Below are positions 36,939 to 46,639 of a stretch of DNA of 64,000 bases, piece by piece. Source of the DNA: a virus. Lineage: Duplodnaviria > Heunggongvirae > Uroviricota > Caudoviricetes. A model generated the notes under the pieces. It saw only the letters and a list, made by a program, of their open reading frames with translations, searched no databases and had not been told where the DNA came from. Numbering within the stretch: position 1 is the stretch's first letter; each line of letters begins with the position of its first letter. Position numbers and translations under genes: made by a program. The stretch lies in IMG/VR virus record IMGVR_UViG_3300033463_000003. One strand, written 5' to 3'.

Positions 36939-37455
36939 AACATGTATATCGGATGGCCCTGGCGTACGCGTTTCCTTATATATTAGTGGGTGCAGAAACC
37001 ATTGTGAAGGCTGTCATAACCCTGAGTCGTGGAATTTCTGTGTGGGTAAAAAATTCACTGAAGAAGTAGAAGATGTTGTGATCGGAGAATGCATGCGCAC
37101 GTATGTAAAAGGACTTACCCTATGTGGGGGAGACCCATGCGAACCGGAAAATCAGAAAGCTTTAGTGAATTTACTGAAGAAATTCCGATCAAAATGTACA
37201 GGAAAGGACATATGGTTGTATACTGGTTATGAGTTAGATGACCTGCTACCTAGTGGAAAAAAGCATACCGATTGTACAGATGAATTCCTTTCCTACATCG
37301 ATGTAGCTGTAGTTGGACCATTCATTCTTAGTGAAAGAGACATATCTGATGACAATCGTTGGCGTGGATCTAGGAATCAAAGAGTGTTGGATTTACCAAA
37401 ATCACTAGAAGCTGGTAAACCTATCATGCTTCCTGGAATTCCGAACAATAATTAA
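36916..37455 (+). CDS. nrdG: Anaerobic RNR activase (radical SAM)
   Basis: DGPGVRVSLYISGCRNHCEGCHNPESW, GGDP, WRGSRNQR. Confidence 0.95.
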   Translation: MNYLLIDKTCISDGPGVRVSLYISGCRNHCEGCHNPESWNFCVGKKFTEEVEDVVIGECMRTYVKGLTLCGGDPCEPENQKALVNLLKKFRSKCTGKDIWLYTGYELDDLLPSGKKHTDCTDEFLSYIDVAVVGPFILSERDISDDNRWRGSRNQRVLDLPKSLEAGKPIMLPGIPNNN

Positions 37456-37525
37456 AAAAATGAAAAAGGCTATTTACAAAATAGTCTTTTTTTGTTATAA
37501 TATTAATATAAGAGAGGAATATATT

Positions 37526-37900
37526 ATGGAAAGATTTGAATTTCACGCCGCATTTCAATTAACAAGAAAGATTATTTTTGAAGTGAGCTATTATACATTA
37601 GGAAGTAATGACTCAGCTTATTTTACAACTTCAGCTGAAGAGTTTAATCAACCTAAGACAGACTATAGTAGAGCTGGCCAAGCACAAGATGATTTGTGCA
37701 CCGGTGCAGCGAGAGCTTTCTATAAAAAGTGGGATCGCTTCCATCTTCATGAACTTAAAGATGAAGAGTTTGAAGAAATGGTTTCTGACTTAGAAGTGTT
37801 AAAACAAAACTATAACTACATTGAACATAAAACAGCAATTAGACCGGCTGATTTAAGTTTTAATGAAATTAAAAAATTATCTATGCAAAAGGTTAAATAA
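37526..37900 (+). CDS. Early hypothetical protein
   Basis: Promoter plus SD GAGAGG. Confidence 0.7.
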   Translation: MERFEFHAAFQLTRKIIFEVSYYTLGSNDSAYFTTSAEEFNQPKTDYSRAGQAQDDLCTGAARAFYKKWDRFHLHELKDEEFEEMVSDLEVLKQNYNYIEHKTAIRPADLSFNEIKKLSMQKVK

Positions 37901-37952
37901 ACTATTTACAAAAGTATTTAATCATGTTATAATATTAATAGAGGTGGAAAAT

Positions 37953-38192
37953 ATGAATAGTAAAATTAAAGAAAACGCACAAGCCGATTGGACAGATATG
38001 ATTATTAAATCTTGGACTTGGGCAAAACTAACTGATGAAGAAAAGAATAGATTTGGTGATGAAATAAATAAATCTATTACACAAAAAGAAGTTATTAAAG
38101 GAACTTATAGACAACGTTGGGAAATACTCAATGCTCTTTATTCAATGTTTTTAGAAGGACTTGGATATAAACCTATTGGCTGGAGGGAATAG
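37953..38192 (+). CDS. Early hypothetical protein
   Basis: Promoter plus SD GAGGTG. Confidence 0.7.
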   Translation: MNSKIKENAQADWTDMIIKSWTWAKLTDEEKNRFGDEINKSITQKEVIKGTYRQRWEILNALYSMFLEGLGYKPIGWRE

Positions 38193-38194
38193 CT

Positions 38195-38356
38195 GTGAAA
38201 ATTGAATTAACAAAAGAAGAAGCCGAAGTTTTAGAATCTTATTTATTTAGAAAGATTTGTGGATTAGAAGAAGCAGGATTAACAGATAGTCGCTGCTATC
38301 CTTTACTTTACTCAATTCGTCAAAAAATAAATAAAAAAATGTTTACAAATAAATAA
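38195..38356 (+). CDS. Early hypothetical protein, 53 aa (not in track)
   Basis: GTG after GGAGG. Confidence 0.5.
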   Translation: MKIELTKEEAEVLESYLFRKICGLEEAGLTDSRCYPLLYSIRQKINKKMFTNK

Positions 38357-38398
38357 TTATGCGATATAATATAAGTAGATAAGTAAGGAGGAATACTT

Positions 38399-38848
38399 GT
38401 GAATAAAAAGAATATAGTTACAAAAGCAAATATTGAAAAAGTTGCCGACTTCTTGGAAAAAGCATGTAGCTACTTTAAGAAAGATGGTAATGGATGCTTT
38501 CACTTCAACCTATCCGATGACTTAGCACTCTATATTGGTTGGTCTGATGGATATGATATGGCAGATACTGATATTATTAAGTCAACTGAAGGCCAAAGAA
38601 AAAATGGCTCTTGGACTTGTGGTTATGCTATCAATGCTGCGGTAAAAGTTAGAAATGACTTTGACTGTGCTGACTTCGATTTCTTAAATTATCCTTATTA
38701 CCCAGAAGATGGTGAAGCTTGGGATAATGGAATTTCTATGAGGCCAAATCAAACTCGTAGGGAATACAGACACGATGCAAGATGGTTTTTAGAAACATTT
38801 GTATCAATGACTAATGCTCACAAGAAAGGGGAAATTGTTTATGAGTAA
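38399..38848 (+). CDS. Early hypothetical protein
   Basis: Promoter plus SD AAGGAGG. Confidence 0.75.
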   Translation: MNKKNIVTKANIEKVADFLEKACSYFKKDGNGCFHFNLSDDLALYIGWSDGYDMADTDIIKSTEGQRKNGSWTCGYAINAAVKVRNDFDCADFDFLNYPYYPEDGEAWDNGISMRPNQTRREYRHDARWFLETFVSMTNAHKKGEIVYE

Positions 38849-39167
38849 TATTAAAGTAGTCGAAACAAAAGAAGAATTAAAAGATTTATACGACAAATGG
38901 GCAATGACTTGGGAAGGTTTAAGAGAACAAGATTTTGAAGAAGCCCTTGAATACTGTGGTGGTGAAGGTGCACAAGGTTATCTAATCAAAGGTAAAGTGA
39001 TGAACGACATTTGCCATTTAACTGATAGTAATGCTTATCCAGATGATCTCAACATCTTTGCAATCTATCCATTCAAAGGATTAGCAATGCAGTATGGTGC
39101 AAGATGGATGACTGACATCATTGATAACAATGCTTATCGTGAAGATTATCACCCATTTGCTGAATAA
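38841..39167 (+). CDS. Early hypothetical protein, paralog of 43802
   Basis: Shared ELKxLY..GGxGAxGY..CxL pattern. Confidence 0.7.
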   Translation: MSNIKVVETKEELKDLYDKWAMTWEGLREQDFEEALEYCGGEGAQGYLIKGKVMNDICHLTDSNAYPDDLNIFAIYPFKGLAMQYGARWMTDIIDNNAYREDYHPFAE

Positions 39168-39250
39168 AAAATTAAAAAAAATTAAAAAAGCCGTTTACAA
39201 ATGCGGCTTTTTATGTTATAATTATAATATAAGAAAAGAGGAAATAAATT

Positions 39251-39511
39251 ATGAAAGTTTACATTATATTTGATGCTTGTAGCGGTGAAGATTACAGCAC
39301 AGATGATCCAACAATTCTTTATGTTTCAACAAGCAAAGAAAAAGCAAAAGAATTCTTTGATGATGAAGTCAGCAATTGGGAAGATGGAATGGAAGAATAC
39401 GATTCTAACATTGATGAATATGCTGATGGCACACTCGTCTATGAATGCACTGACTTTGAAGGTGATTCGCATAGAATTATGAAATTAGTTGAAAGCGAGG
39501 TTGAGGAATAA
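39251..39511 (+). CDS. Early acidic protein
   Basis: Promoter plus SD. Confidence 0.7.
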   Translation: MKVYIIFDACSGEDYSTDDPTILYVSTSKEKAKEFFDDEVSNWEDGMEEYDSNIDEYADGTLVYECTDFEGDSHRIMKLVESEVEE

Positions 39512-39810
39512 TGGCAAAGAAAACTCAAGAACAAAAACTTATTGAACAAATGCTTCAATGCTTGTGGGACGTAAGTGATATTCAAATGGAACACATTGAT
39601 GATACTAATTATCGTGAGTTCTATGAAGAAGCCGCCGATGCACTTGATATGTATGATGGTGCCGAAGCTGATGCAGACAGACTCACCTATGAAAACTTAG
39701 ATGAGTATGTTACTTTAAGAAACGAATTAGTTGAACTTCTTAAAGCAAAAGGTATGTCTAAAGAAGAAAGATTAAACTTTATTAGACAAGAAACTTGCTG
39801 GGAGGACTAA
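39511..39810 (+). CDS. Early acidic protein
   Basis: TAATG coupling. Confidence 0.7.
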   Translation: MAKKTQEQKLIEQMLQCLWDVSDIQMEHIDDTNYREFYEEAADALDMYDGAEADADRLTYENLDEYVTLRNELVELLKAKGMSKEERLNFIRQETCWED

Positions 39811-39812
39811 GT

Positions 39813-40115
39813 ATGGGAACAGTTGACAGATTAAAAGAAAGACTTGAACACAAAGACTATATTGGTAAAGCTTGTCCAATTTGTGGTGCAGCTCCTACTC
39901 TAAAATCAAGAGGCTTCGACCCTTGGGGTGATATGGGTTATGATTGTTGCACAGAATTTTGGCTAGAATGCAGCGGTTGTGGTATTATTAAGGCAGGTGC
40001 TTATAACAATATTAATACTAAAGATGCAGAAGCTAAAAATGAAGCAATCAAAGATTGGAATGAGGTAGTTGATTATGTTGATGATCTCATTACTAAAACT
40101 CATAAAGAAAAATAA
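39813..40115 (+). CDS. Lar-like (restriction alleviation family) Zn-finger protein
   Basis: CPICG...CSGCG...EAIKDWN. Confidence 0.65.
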   Translation: MGTVDRLKERLEHKDYIGKACPICGAAPTLKSRGFDPWGDMGYDCCTEFWLECSGCGIIKAGAYNNINTKDAEAKNEAIKDWNEVVDYVDDLITKTHKEK

Positions 40116-40188
40116 TTAAAAAAGATTAAAAAGGGTTTACAAATAACCCTTTTTATGTTATAATATAAGTATAAGAGGTAAAAAATAT

Positions 40189-40437
40189 ATGACAAATTAC
40201 ACACACATTAATGATTGTTGGAAAGCAATTAGAGAAGCAAAGACAATTGAAGAAGTTGAAATGCTTTTTGATACTTTTCCAAGATGGTCTGGAAACTGGT
40301 TTGTCCAAATTGAAAATGATTCTTTCTATGGAAAAGTTTATGTTGTCTATAATACTTATTGGGACAACAACTTAGATCAAGAGGAAACTGAATGTGAAAC
40401 TCTTGAAATTGAAGTGCCAGATTTTGAAGAAGAATAA
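40189..40437 (+). CDS. Early acidic protein, paralog of 40846
   Basis: HIxxxW..TxEExE..NxYWDxNL shared. Confidence 0.7.
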   Translation: MTNYTHINDCWKAIREAKTIEEVEMLFDTFPRWSGNWFVQIENDSFYGKVYVVYNTYWDNNLDQEETECETLEIEVPDFEEE

Positions 40438-40513
40438 AAGAAACTATTTACAAATATCATAAAATATGATATAATTATAATAGAGAAAAGATAATAGGAG
40501 GAAAACAAAACCT

Positions 40514-40846
40514 ATGAAAAAATATGTAATTCATTTTATGAGCTTAGACGCACCATCTATTGAAGATGATGGTCTTGAAAGTGGAACTGGTTGTGGTGTC
40601 TATGAAAAAGCATTTGATACCAAAGAAGAAGCCGAAAAGTTTTTAGTTGAAGAACTCATCCCTCAAGATAAAGCAGAACTTGAAGAATGTTACGGCTTCA
40701 ATGAAAAAGAAGAAGGTTGGGAACCTACAGTTTATATTACTGTTGAAAAAGGTATGTGGGGAAGAAACACTTTAGTTGTTACCGACAAGTTTGATGCCAC
40801 AGAAATCAATATCACAATTTATGATATTGCGGAGGTAGAGTTCTAA
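40514..40846 (+). CDS. Early acidic protein
   Basis: Promoter plus SD AGGAGG. Confidence 0.7.
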   Translation: MKKYVIHFMSLDAPSIEDDGLESGTGCGVYEKAFDTKEEAEKFLVEELIPQDKAELEECYGFNEKEEGWEPTVYITVEKGMWGRNTLVVTDKFDATEINITIYDIAEVEF

Positions 40847-41064
40847 TGAAACATATCAGTGAGGTTTGGGAATTCTTAGATCAATTTAAGACTAAGGAAG
40901 AATTAGAAAAAGCATTTGGAGAAATTCAAAATAAGTTCGGTAGTTTTGAAATTACTAACTTGTCTACAGCAAAAGAAGACGGATACTTCGAAATCTGTAA
41001 TTCTTATTGGGATGAAAATCTTGGTGACTACGACTACGACTACCATTGTGTAGAAATTTGTTAA
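40846..41064 (+). CDS. Early acidic protein, paralog of 40189
   Basis: TAATG coupling; shared motif. Confidence 0.7.
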   Translation: MKHISEVWEFLDQFKTKEELEKAFGEIQNKFGSFEITNLSTAKEDGYFEICNSYWDENLGDYDYDYHCVEIC

Positions 41065-41136
41065 AAAACTATTTACAAAAGCAACATTTTGTGATATAAT
41101 TATAATATAAGATATAGAGTATAAGGAGGAAAAAAT

Positions 41137-41376
41137 ATGTACTTTAATGTCGAAATTGAACTAATTAGAGATGATGGCTGTAATGTGCTATACATCGCTC
41201 ACGATGGTTCTTCTGGTTGCGAATATGTGTTTGAGACCAAAGAAGAATTAGCCGACTACATCAAGGATTATGTTGATGACATCGTTGAAGAAGAAGTTGA
41301 CTTAGACGAACTCAAAGAAGAATATCCTGATGAAGACGAAGACGACGAAGACAGTGAAGATGAGGATGACGACTAA
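41137..41376 (+). CDS. Extremely acidic early protein
   Basis: Promoter plus SD; poly-D/E tail. Confidence 0.7.
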   Translation: MYFNVEIELIRDDGCNVLYIAHDGSSGCEYVFETKEELADYIKDYVDDIVEEEVDLDELKEEYPDEDEDDEDSEDEDDD

Positions 41377-41612
41377 TGAAAACTTATTATGTAATGTATT
41401 GGAATGATCGTGAAGATTATCCCGTTGCAGTATTTGAAGTTAAAGCTGACTGTGAGGAAAATGCAGAACAAATTGCATTTCTTGAAGGCGGTAGAGACTA
41501 CGAAGATGACTGGCCTCTTCTAATTGAAACTAACATAAATGAAAGTCGTTTAGCCAGATACAAAAATTCAGTTTGGACTAAATATAAAGTTTGTAAAGGA
41601 GAACTGATATGA
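41376..41612 (+). CDS. Early hypothetical protein (under code 4 the track's TGA end would read through a short distance)
   Basis: TAATG coupling at start; ATGA overlap with next gene. Confidence 0.6.
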   Translation: MKTYYVMYWNDREDYPVAVFEVKADCEENAEQIAFLEGGRDYEDDWPLLIETNINESRLARYKNSVWTKYKVCKGELI

Positions 41613-41803
41613 GACGAGGTGGAGACAGTTATTACGTCTTAGTTAATAAAGACGGTGAAGAGTACACAATTGAAGATTATTGTGATACCTACGTTATGGA
41701 CTATGACAGTTGGGAACTCGCAGAGCAAGAACTAAAAGAAATGCTTGAAGAGGAAGAACTGTTTGAAGAAGACGGTTGGCACGTTGAAAGACGTCGTTGG
41801 TAA
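41609..41803 (+). CDS. Early acidic protein
   Basis: SD AAGGAG; terminator at about 41815-41845. Confidence 0.65.
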   Translation: MRRGGDSYYVLVNKDGEEYTIEDYCDTYVMDYDSWELAEQELKEMLEEEELFEEDGWHVERRRW

Positions 41804-42030
41804 AATAAAAAATAAAAACCCGATAAATAAGTCGGGTTTTTATTTTTCAAAAAACTATCGGAACTAAATTTTTATCAGACATCCCGACCCTGTACGGGTA
41901 ACTTTTTACTAAATTAGTGGTTTTTAGCTTTCCGCCAGATTCATCAGATTCGGCGGAAGTTAATTTTGGAAAAAAAGAGTTTACAAATTGGTTAATATGT
42001 GGTATAATATAATAAGAGCGAGGTATAATT

Positions 42031-42228
42031 ATGAAAACAGTGGAGAGCTTATTAAGAGAAATTGGCATCAAAGCTAATTTAGGAACTTGGACTGACGAAC
42101 AAGGTCATCACGCTATTTGTTATACAAGAAAACAAGGAAACTCGTGGGTTAGAATATTAAAAGATGCCGGTTATAAAGCAAAACTCGTTTATGATAATTA
42201 CGCTTACATTGTGATATTTAATAAATAG
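42031..42228 (+). CDS. Early hypothetical protein
   Basis: Promoter plus SD GAGG. Confidence 0.65.
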   Translation: MKTVESLLREIGIKANLGTWTDEQGHHAICYTRKQGNSWVRILKDAGYKAKLVYDNYAYIVIFNK

Positions 42229-42241
42229 GAGGAAATAATTT

Positions 42242-42541
42242 ATGTATTACAAAGTTAAAATTACTTCGGTTGATTATTGTGTTGAAGAACAAGATGTGTG
42301 TGAATATGTTGACAATGATCCAGAAATTGAAGAAGATAGTGAAGAATACTATGACGCAATTCACGCAAAGATTGAAGAAGTTAAAAGTAGATTGCCACAA
42401 GAGCTTATTTTGGAAGTTGAATGCGATCGTAAAAGCTTAGAAGATGTTTTAGTCGATGCTATCAGTGAAGAGACGGGTTGGTTGGTAAATAACTTCACAT
42501 ATAAAATCTTAGAAAGAAAATTTTCCAAACATTATTTATAA
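42242..42541 (+). CDS. Early acidic protein, paralog of 29825
   Basis: SD AGGAGG; shared LPQEL..ISEETGWL. Confidence 0.75.
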   Translation: MYYKVKITSVDYCVEEQDVCEYVDNDPEIEEDSEEYYDAIHAKIEEVKSRLPQELILEVECDRKSLEDVLVDAISEETGWLVNNFTYKILERKFSKHYL

Positions 42542-42608
42542 AAAAATGAAAATAGGGCATTTACAAAAATGCTCTTTTATGTTATAATATATATGTGAGG
42601 CGAAAAAG

Positions 42609-42977
42609 ATGACAGAAAAAGAAATTAAAGCAGCAAAAGATTTGTTGCATATGAGATACTATGGCGATGGTTGCATTAGACCAGGAGTCAAGTGGCTAAA
42701 AGAAGACGAGATTTTTGAAGAAGAATTATCTTGTAGAGAGATGATTAACTCTATTCTTATCTATGGCGGGAGTTGTGAGAAAGGCAGTTATCAATACGAT
42801 AAGTACTTAAAACCATATACTGAAAAAGAAACTTGGCACGATGGCTTAATTACATTAACCAGACTTGATGAACTAATCAAAGAACAAAAAGCTGATATTG
42901 CAAAAGCAGAAATTGGCTTTGCAGGTTATGACTCTGAAGGAGTCAGTTATAATTATTGTAAATGGGCGGATGAATAA
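42609..42977 (+). CDS. Early hypothetical protein
   Basis: Promoter plus SD. Confidence 0.7.
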   Translation: MTEKEIKAAKDLLHMRYYGDGCIRPGVKWLKEDEIFEEELSCREMINSILIYGGSCEKGSYQYDKYLKPYTEKETWHDGLITLTRLDELIKEQKADIAKAEIGFAGYDSEGVSYNYCKWADE

Positions 42978-42978
42978 T

Positions 42979-43182
42979 ATGGAACTCGTTAAAGTTAATA
43001 GCTCCAACATTAAAGCAGTTGGTTGGGAAAATAATACATTGTTTGTTGCTTATAATTCTGGCATTTATATGTATGAAAATGTAAAGAGAGAATTATACGA
43101 ACAATTATTAAATGCTGAATCAAAAGGTAAGTTTGTTTGTGAGAACATAAAACCTAATTTCAGTTATAAAAAAGTTGAATAA
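42979..43182 (+). CDS. KTSC domain protein
   Basis: VNSSNIKAVGW..LFVAY..YMYENV..LLNAESKGKF. Confidence 0.85.
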   Translation: MELVKVNSSNIKAVGWENNTLFVAYNSGIYMYENVKRELYEQLLNAESKGKFVCENIKPNFSYKKVE

Positions 43183-43401
43183 TTCTTTATTCATATATAC
43201 TTCCTTTCGGTAAAAGGTCAGGCTGTGGTCTGGCTTTTTATTTTGCAAAACTATCGGAACTAAAAATTTACGTTCTGTGATCCCGATGTTGAAGCTAAAA
43301 CCACTAAAAGTGGTGAGTCACGGTCGAGGGCCGCGGTCTGCGCAGATTCATCTAGATATGTGGATCGAAAAACTGTATAATATAATAGAGAGGTTTTTAT
43401 T

Positions 43402-43731
43402 ATGAAAGTTAAACTTTACAAGAGGCTAAGAGGTCACGATGCAGCGCAGCTATTGGAATCGATCACAGAAAATACTGATTTAGTGAAAGTCCAAGCATCA
43501 GACTACGATGTGGAACCGTATGTGGTTGATTTAGATTTCGAAGATCGAATCATTTTTGGTAAAGATGAAATTTTATCTAATCCTAAAAAAGTGATTGGCA
43601 TTATAGATATGGAGATGTTCATGAAGAACCACATGTGGCAGGAATTCGAATATGGGGATATAGTGGAATTTGAAGACCACCGATTCATCAAAGCTCCGAA
43701 AGCTTATGTGGCCGTCGAAATAAAAAATTAA
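43402..43731 (+). CDS. Hypothetical protein
   Basis: TGTATAAT promoter at about 43374 plus SD. Confidence 0.65.
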   Translation: MKVKLYKRLRGHDAAQLLESITENTDLVKVQASDYDVEPYVVDLDFEDRIIFGKDEILSNPKKVIGIIDMEMFMKNHMWQEFEYGDIVEFEDHRFIKAPKAYVAVEIKN

Positions 43732-43801
43732 AAAAATTTAAAAAAACTATTTACAAATACTTTAAAGTACGTTATGATGTAATATGAAGGAGGAGAGAGT
43801 T

Positions 43802-44158
43802 ATGACAAACATTACTACAATTACGACTCTTATGGAACTAAAGAAGCTCTATCTCGATGGTGCTTATGTTTTAGAGAATCCATCTGATGAGTATAGCTTA
43901 GAAGCACAAGTAGAGCGTTTTGGTGGAACTGGTGCAGTAGGTTATACATTTACTGGTGAATTTATTTATACAGTATGTGGTTTACCAGAAAGCTCAATAT
44001 TACCTAAAGATAAACTTTATTTGGTAATTGTTCCAGCAAATGAAAGTTATAAAAACTCGATCTTAATTTCACTCAAAGATTTAATTTTTAGATTTAGTGC
44101 TAGAACCGGATTTAATTTATTTGCGGCTCGTAGAATTGTTCAAGAAGAAAAAGAATAA
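43802..44158 (+). CDS. Early hypothetical protein, paralog of 38841
   Basis: SD AGGAGG. Confidence 0.7.
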   Translation: MTNITTITTLMELKKLYLDGAYVLENPSDEYSLEAQVERFGGTGAVGYTFTGEFIYTVCGLPESSILPKDKLYLVIVPANESYKNSILISLKDLIFRFSARTGFNLFAARRIVQEEKE

Positions 44159-44234
44159 AAAATAATTCAACTGACTATTTACATTTATCTCGAAATATGT
44201 TATAATATTATTAAGAAAAGAGGTAAAGTAAATT

Positions 44235-44684
44235 ATGAAAAATAGACCATACGAAGAATATAATGCAATTCCAGTCCTTGAAAGACTTGAAAGAATGATT
44301 GAGGCAGGCCATCCACGATGGATTAGAGATGTTTATGATGATTTAAGCATCTTCGACTGGTGGCCAGAGAGATTAACTATCACTCACATGAAACAAATGA
44401 GAACCTTCTTAAAAGAAGCTATTAAGTTAGGTTATACTGGTTATGTTTGCTTTAAGGTTGGAGCTTCTGGTTGTGCTAATGGTATGTGGGCTTGTAAAGT
44501 CCCTACAACAACAGGATATAGTCCCGATGGTGAAACTATTTATAGAAGTTTTACTCCTGATTATACATATTATGCTGTTCAAGACAAGAAGGGCCGCTGG
44601 CTTCCATCAGAAGAAGTAGATGGCAACAGATTTGACTCTTGCAAAACTATTAAACAACTTGAGACATTAGTTGCAAGTTTATAA
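44235..44684 (+). CDS. Early hypothetical protein
   Basis: Promoter plus SD. Confidence 0.75.
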   Translation: MKNRPYEEYNAIPVLERLERMIEAGHPRWIRDVYDDLSIFDWWPERLTITHMKQMRTFLKEAIKLGYTGYVCFKVGASGCANGMWACKVPTTTGYSPDGETIYRSFTPDYTYYAVQDKKGRWLPSEEVDGNRFDSCKTIKQLETLVASL

Positions 44685-44761
44685 AAAACAAAAAAATGAA
44701 AAAAACCTATTTACAAAGTAGGTTTTTTATGTTATAATATAATAATAAGGAAGGTAAGGTT

Positions 44762-45277
44762 ATGAAAAAGATTAACAAGAAGACAAGCTTCGCATTTAGA
44801 AAGAACATTTATTTATTGGGCAGAGACGAGGACGGTATTAACTACTGGCTCGAAGAACCTACGTTCGATTGTGGTTGGTATTGGGGTTTAGGTTATATCG
44901 AAACTTATACTAATAATCGTAGTCCTCAAAATTCTAAAGACATTCAGTCTCACGAACACTTTATCTCAAAGTTTTTAGATAAGGGTTATGATACTTATAG
45001 AAACTTTTTCAAGGAATCGACATTAGACGAAAAAGAAATTTGGAGACTCTTAGAACTTATGAGTACTTCTTATACATTAGAGAAAGCAGCAAGACTTTTT
45101 GAGAAGGGGTCAGCGTGGGTTGCTAAGAATGATTGCTACGATGTAATTAAGGATCAAGACTTATACGAAGAAATAGTAAAAGTAAAACTTCCAGCAGTCA
45201 ATTCAGCTATTTGTAATTTGCTTGGAGGCAATACAACTCCAGACTACTTTACAAAGATGGTAAAGATTGAAGATTAA
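44762..45277 (+). CDS. Early hypothetical protein
   Basis: Promoter plus SD; FDCGWYWGLGY motif. Confidence 0.75.
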   Translation: MKKINKKTSFAFRKNIYLLGRDEDGINYWLEEPTFDCGWYWGLGYIETYTNNRSPQNSKDIQSHEHFISKFLDKGYDTYRNFFKESTLDEKEIWRLLELMSTSYTLEKAARLFEKGSAWVAKNDCYDVIKDQDLYEEIVKVKLPAVNSAICNLLGGNTTPDYFTKMVKIED

Positions 45278-45328
45278 CTATTTACAAGTTAATCTTTTTG
45301 TGTTATAATATTATAAGAGGTGAAGAAT

Positions 45329-45916
45329 ATGAAAAAAAGATTATTTCAAAAATCAGGAGTTGACATTTGCTCCGCAAAATCAATGTTTAATTTTATCAAT
45401 GAACATTTTACTTATTGGACAATGAATAGTTGGAACAGGTTAGAGTCAATTGCTAACAATGTTAAACTTTATAATTTACATTTAGACGGAGATTGGACAG
45501 TTGCTTTAAGTTATCTTTATGACGAAGAAGATATTGGTGGACTCCAGCAAGAAATTAGAGATTTAATTTGGATGTGGGAAAAAGATCATCAAGGATACTC
45601 ATTAGGATTTAATGGGCGCAGTGATGGTTATTTAGTTATATATAATCATGATAAACATTCTGGTCACGTTAACTTTAGAAACATTTTACCAGACGATTTA
45701 GTTGGCTTCGATACTTATGAAGACTTTAAGGAAAACTTAAAAGAATGGTATGGTTGGACAGTTAAAGATTATTTACCAGAACTAAGAGAATATACAGAAC
45801 TAATTAGAAGTTTTGATAAACTTTGCGATGACATTAGAGCATTGGTTAATGAATATTCTTTAATGGACTACGAAGCAGACAAGAAAGCTTTTGACTTCGA
45901 GAATGGAGTAGAATAA
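45329..45916 (+). CDS. Early hypothetical protein
   Basis: Promoter plus SD; GFNGRSDGYLV motif. Confidence 0.75.
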   Translation: MKKRLFQKSGVDICSAKSMFNFINEHFTYWTMNSWNRLESIANNVKLYNLHLDGDWTVALSYLYDEEDIGGLQQEIRDLIWMWEKDHQGYSLGFNGRSDGYLVIYNHDKHSGHVNFRNILPDDLVGFDTYEDFKENLKEWYGWTVKDYLPELREYTELIRSFDKLCDDIRALVNEYSLMDYEADKKAFDFENGVE

Positions 45917-45917
45917 A

Positions 45918-46259
45918 ATGGAAAAAGAAAAATTTGAAGAATTTGAAGAAGATGTAGAACTAAGTGAAAGACCTATCACTTATGAAGTCTGGATTTTAGG
46001 CTACGACGAAAATTATGAAGATAATGATTTTGAATTTTTATTGGACGATGGTTATACAGAACTCGTCGAAGCTAAAAAGTGTTTTGAATATTTCACTATT
46101 CCAGAAAATTTAAAAGCTTATCTCGATCTTAAGAATGTTAAAATTCCAGAAGACACAAAACATATCAATCTTTTCTTAGAAGAATGTGTGCAACTTCCAG
46201 ATTCAGACCTTGTAGAATGCGATGACATTTTAGAAGAAGTTGAAGTGGAAATTCTTTAA
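45918..46259 (+). CDS. Early acidic protein
   Basis: SD GGAG. Confidence 0.7.
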   Translation: MEKEKFEEFEEDVELSERPITYEVWILGYDENYEDNDFEFLLDDGYTELVEAKKCFEYFTIPENLKAYLDLKNVKIPEDTKHINLFLEECVQLPDSDLVECDDILEEVEVEIL

Positions 46260-46325
46260 AAAACTATTTACAAGCACAAATATATATTGTATAATATAAT
46301 ATAGAATTATAATGAGGTGAACTTT

Positions 46326-46610
46326 ATGAGAAGTAAATATTTAGGAAGAAAGTTCGGACGTTGGACCGTAACTCGTGCAGCAAAAACAGAAGATGGTAAT
46401 CATACCAGATTTTATCTAACAAGAACAACTCACGACGGAGCAATTAAAACAGTTGCACTTCGCGACAATGAATTAACCGCTTTAAGTCGTGGTGAAAAAA
46501 CAATGCAAAGTTTACTTAAGGGTAAACAATTTCAAAGAGACAGATTTCCAAGCAGAGAATATAGAAACTCAGTTTGGTATACTTATAAAACTAATGGTAG
46601 CTTAGAATAA
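46326..46610 (+). CDS. Basic hypothetical protein
   Basis: Promoter plus SD GAGGTG; YLGRKFGRWTV. Confidence 0.7.
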   Translation: MRSKYLGRKFGRWTVTRAAKTEDGNHTRFYLTRTTHDGAIKTVALRDNELTALSRGEKTMQSLLKGKQFQRDRFPSREYRNSVWYTYKTNGSLE

Positions 46611-46639
46611 TTTTAAGCTACAGAAGGAAGGTAAAGGGT

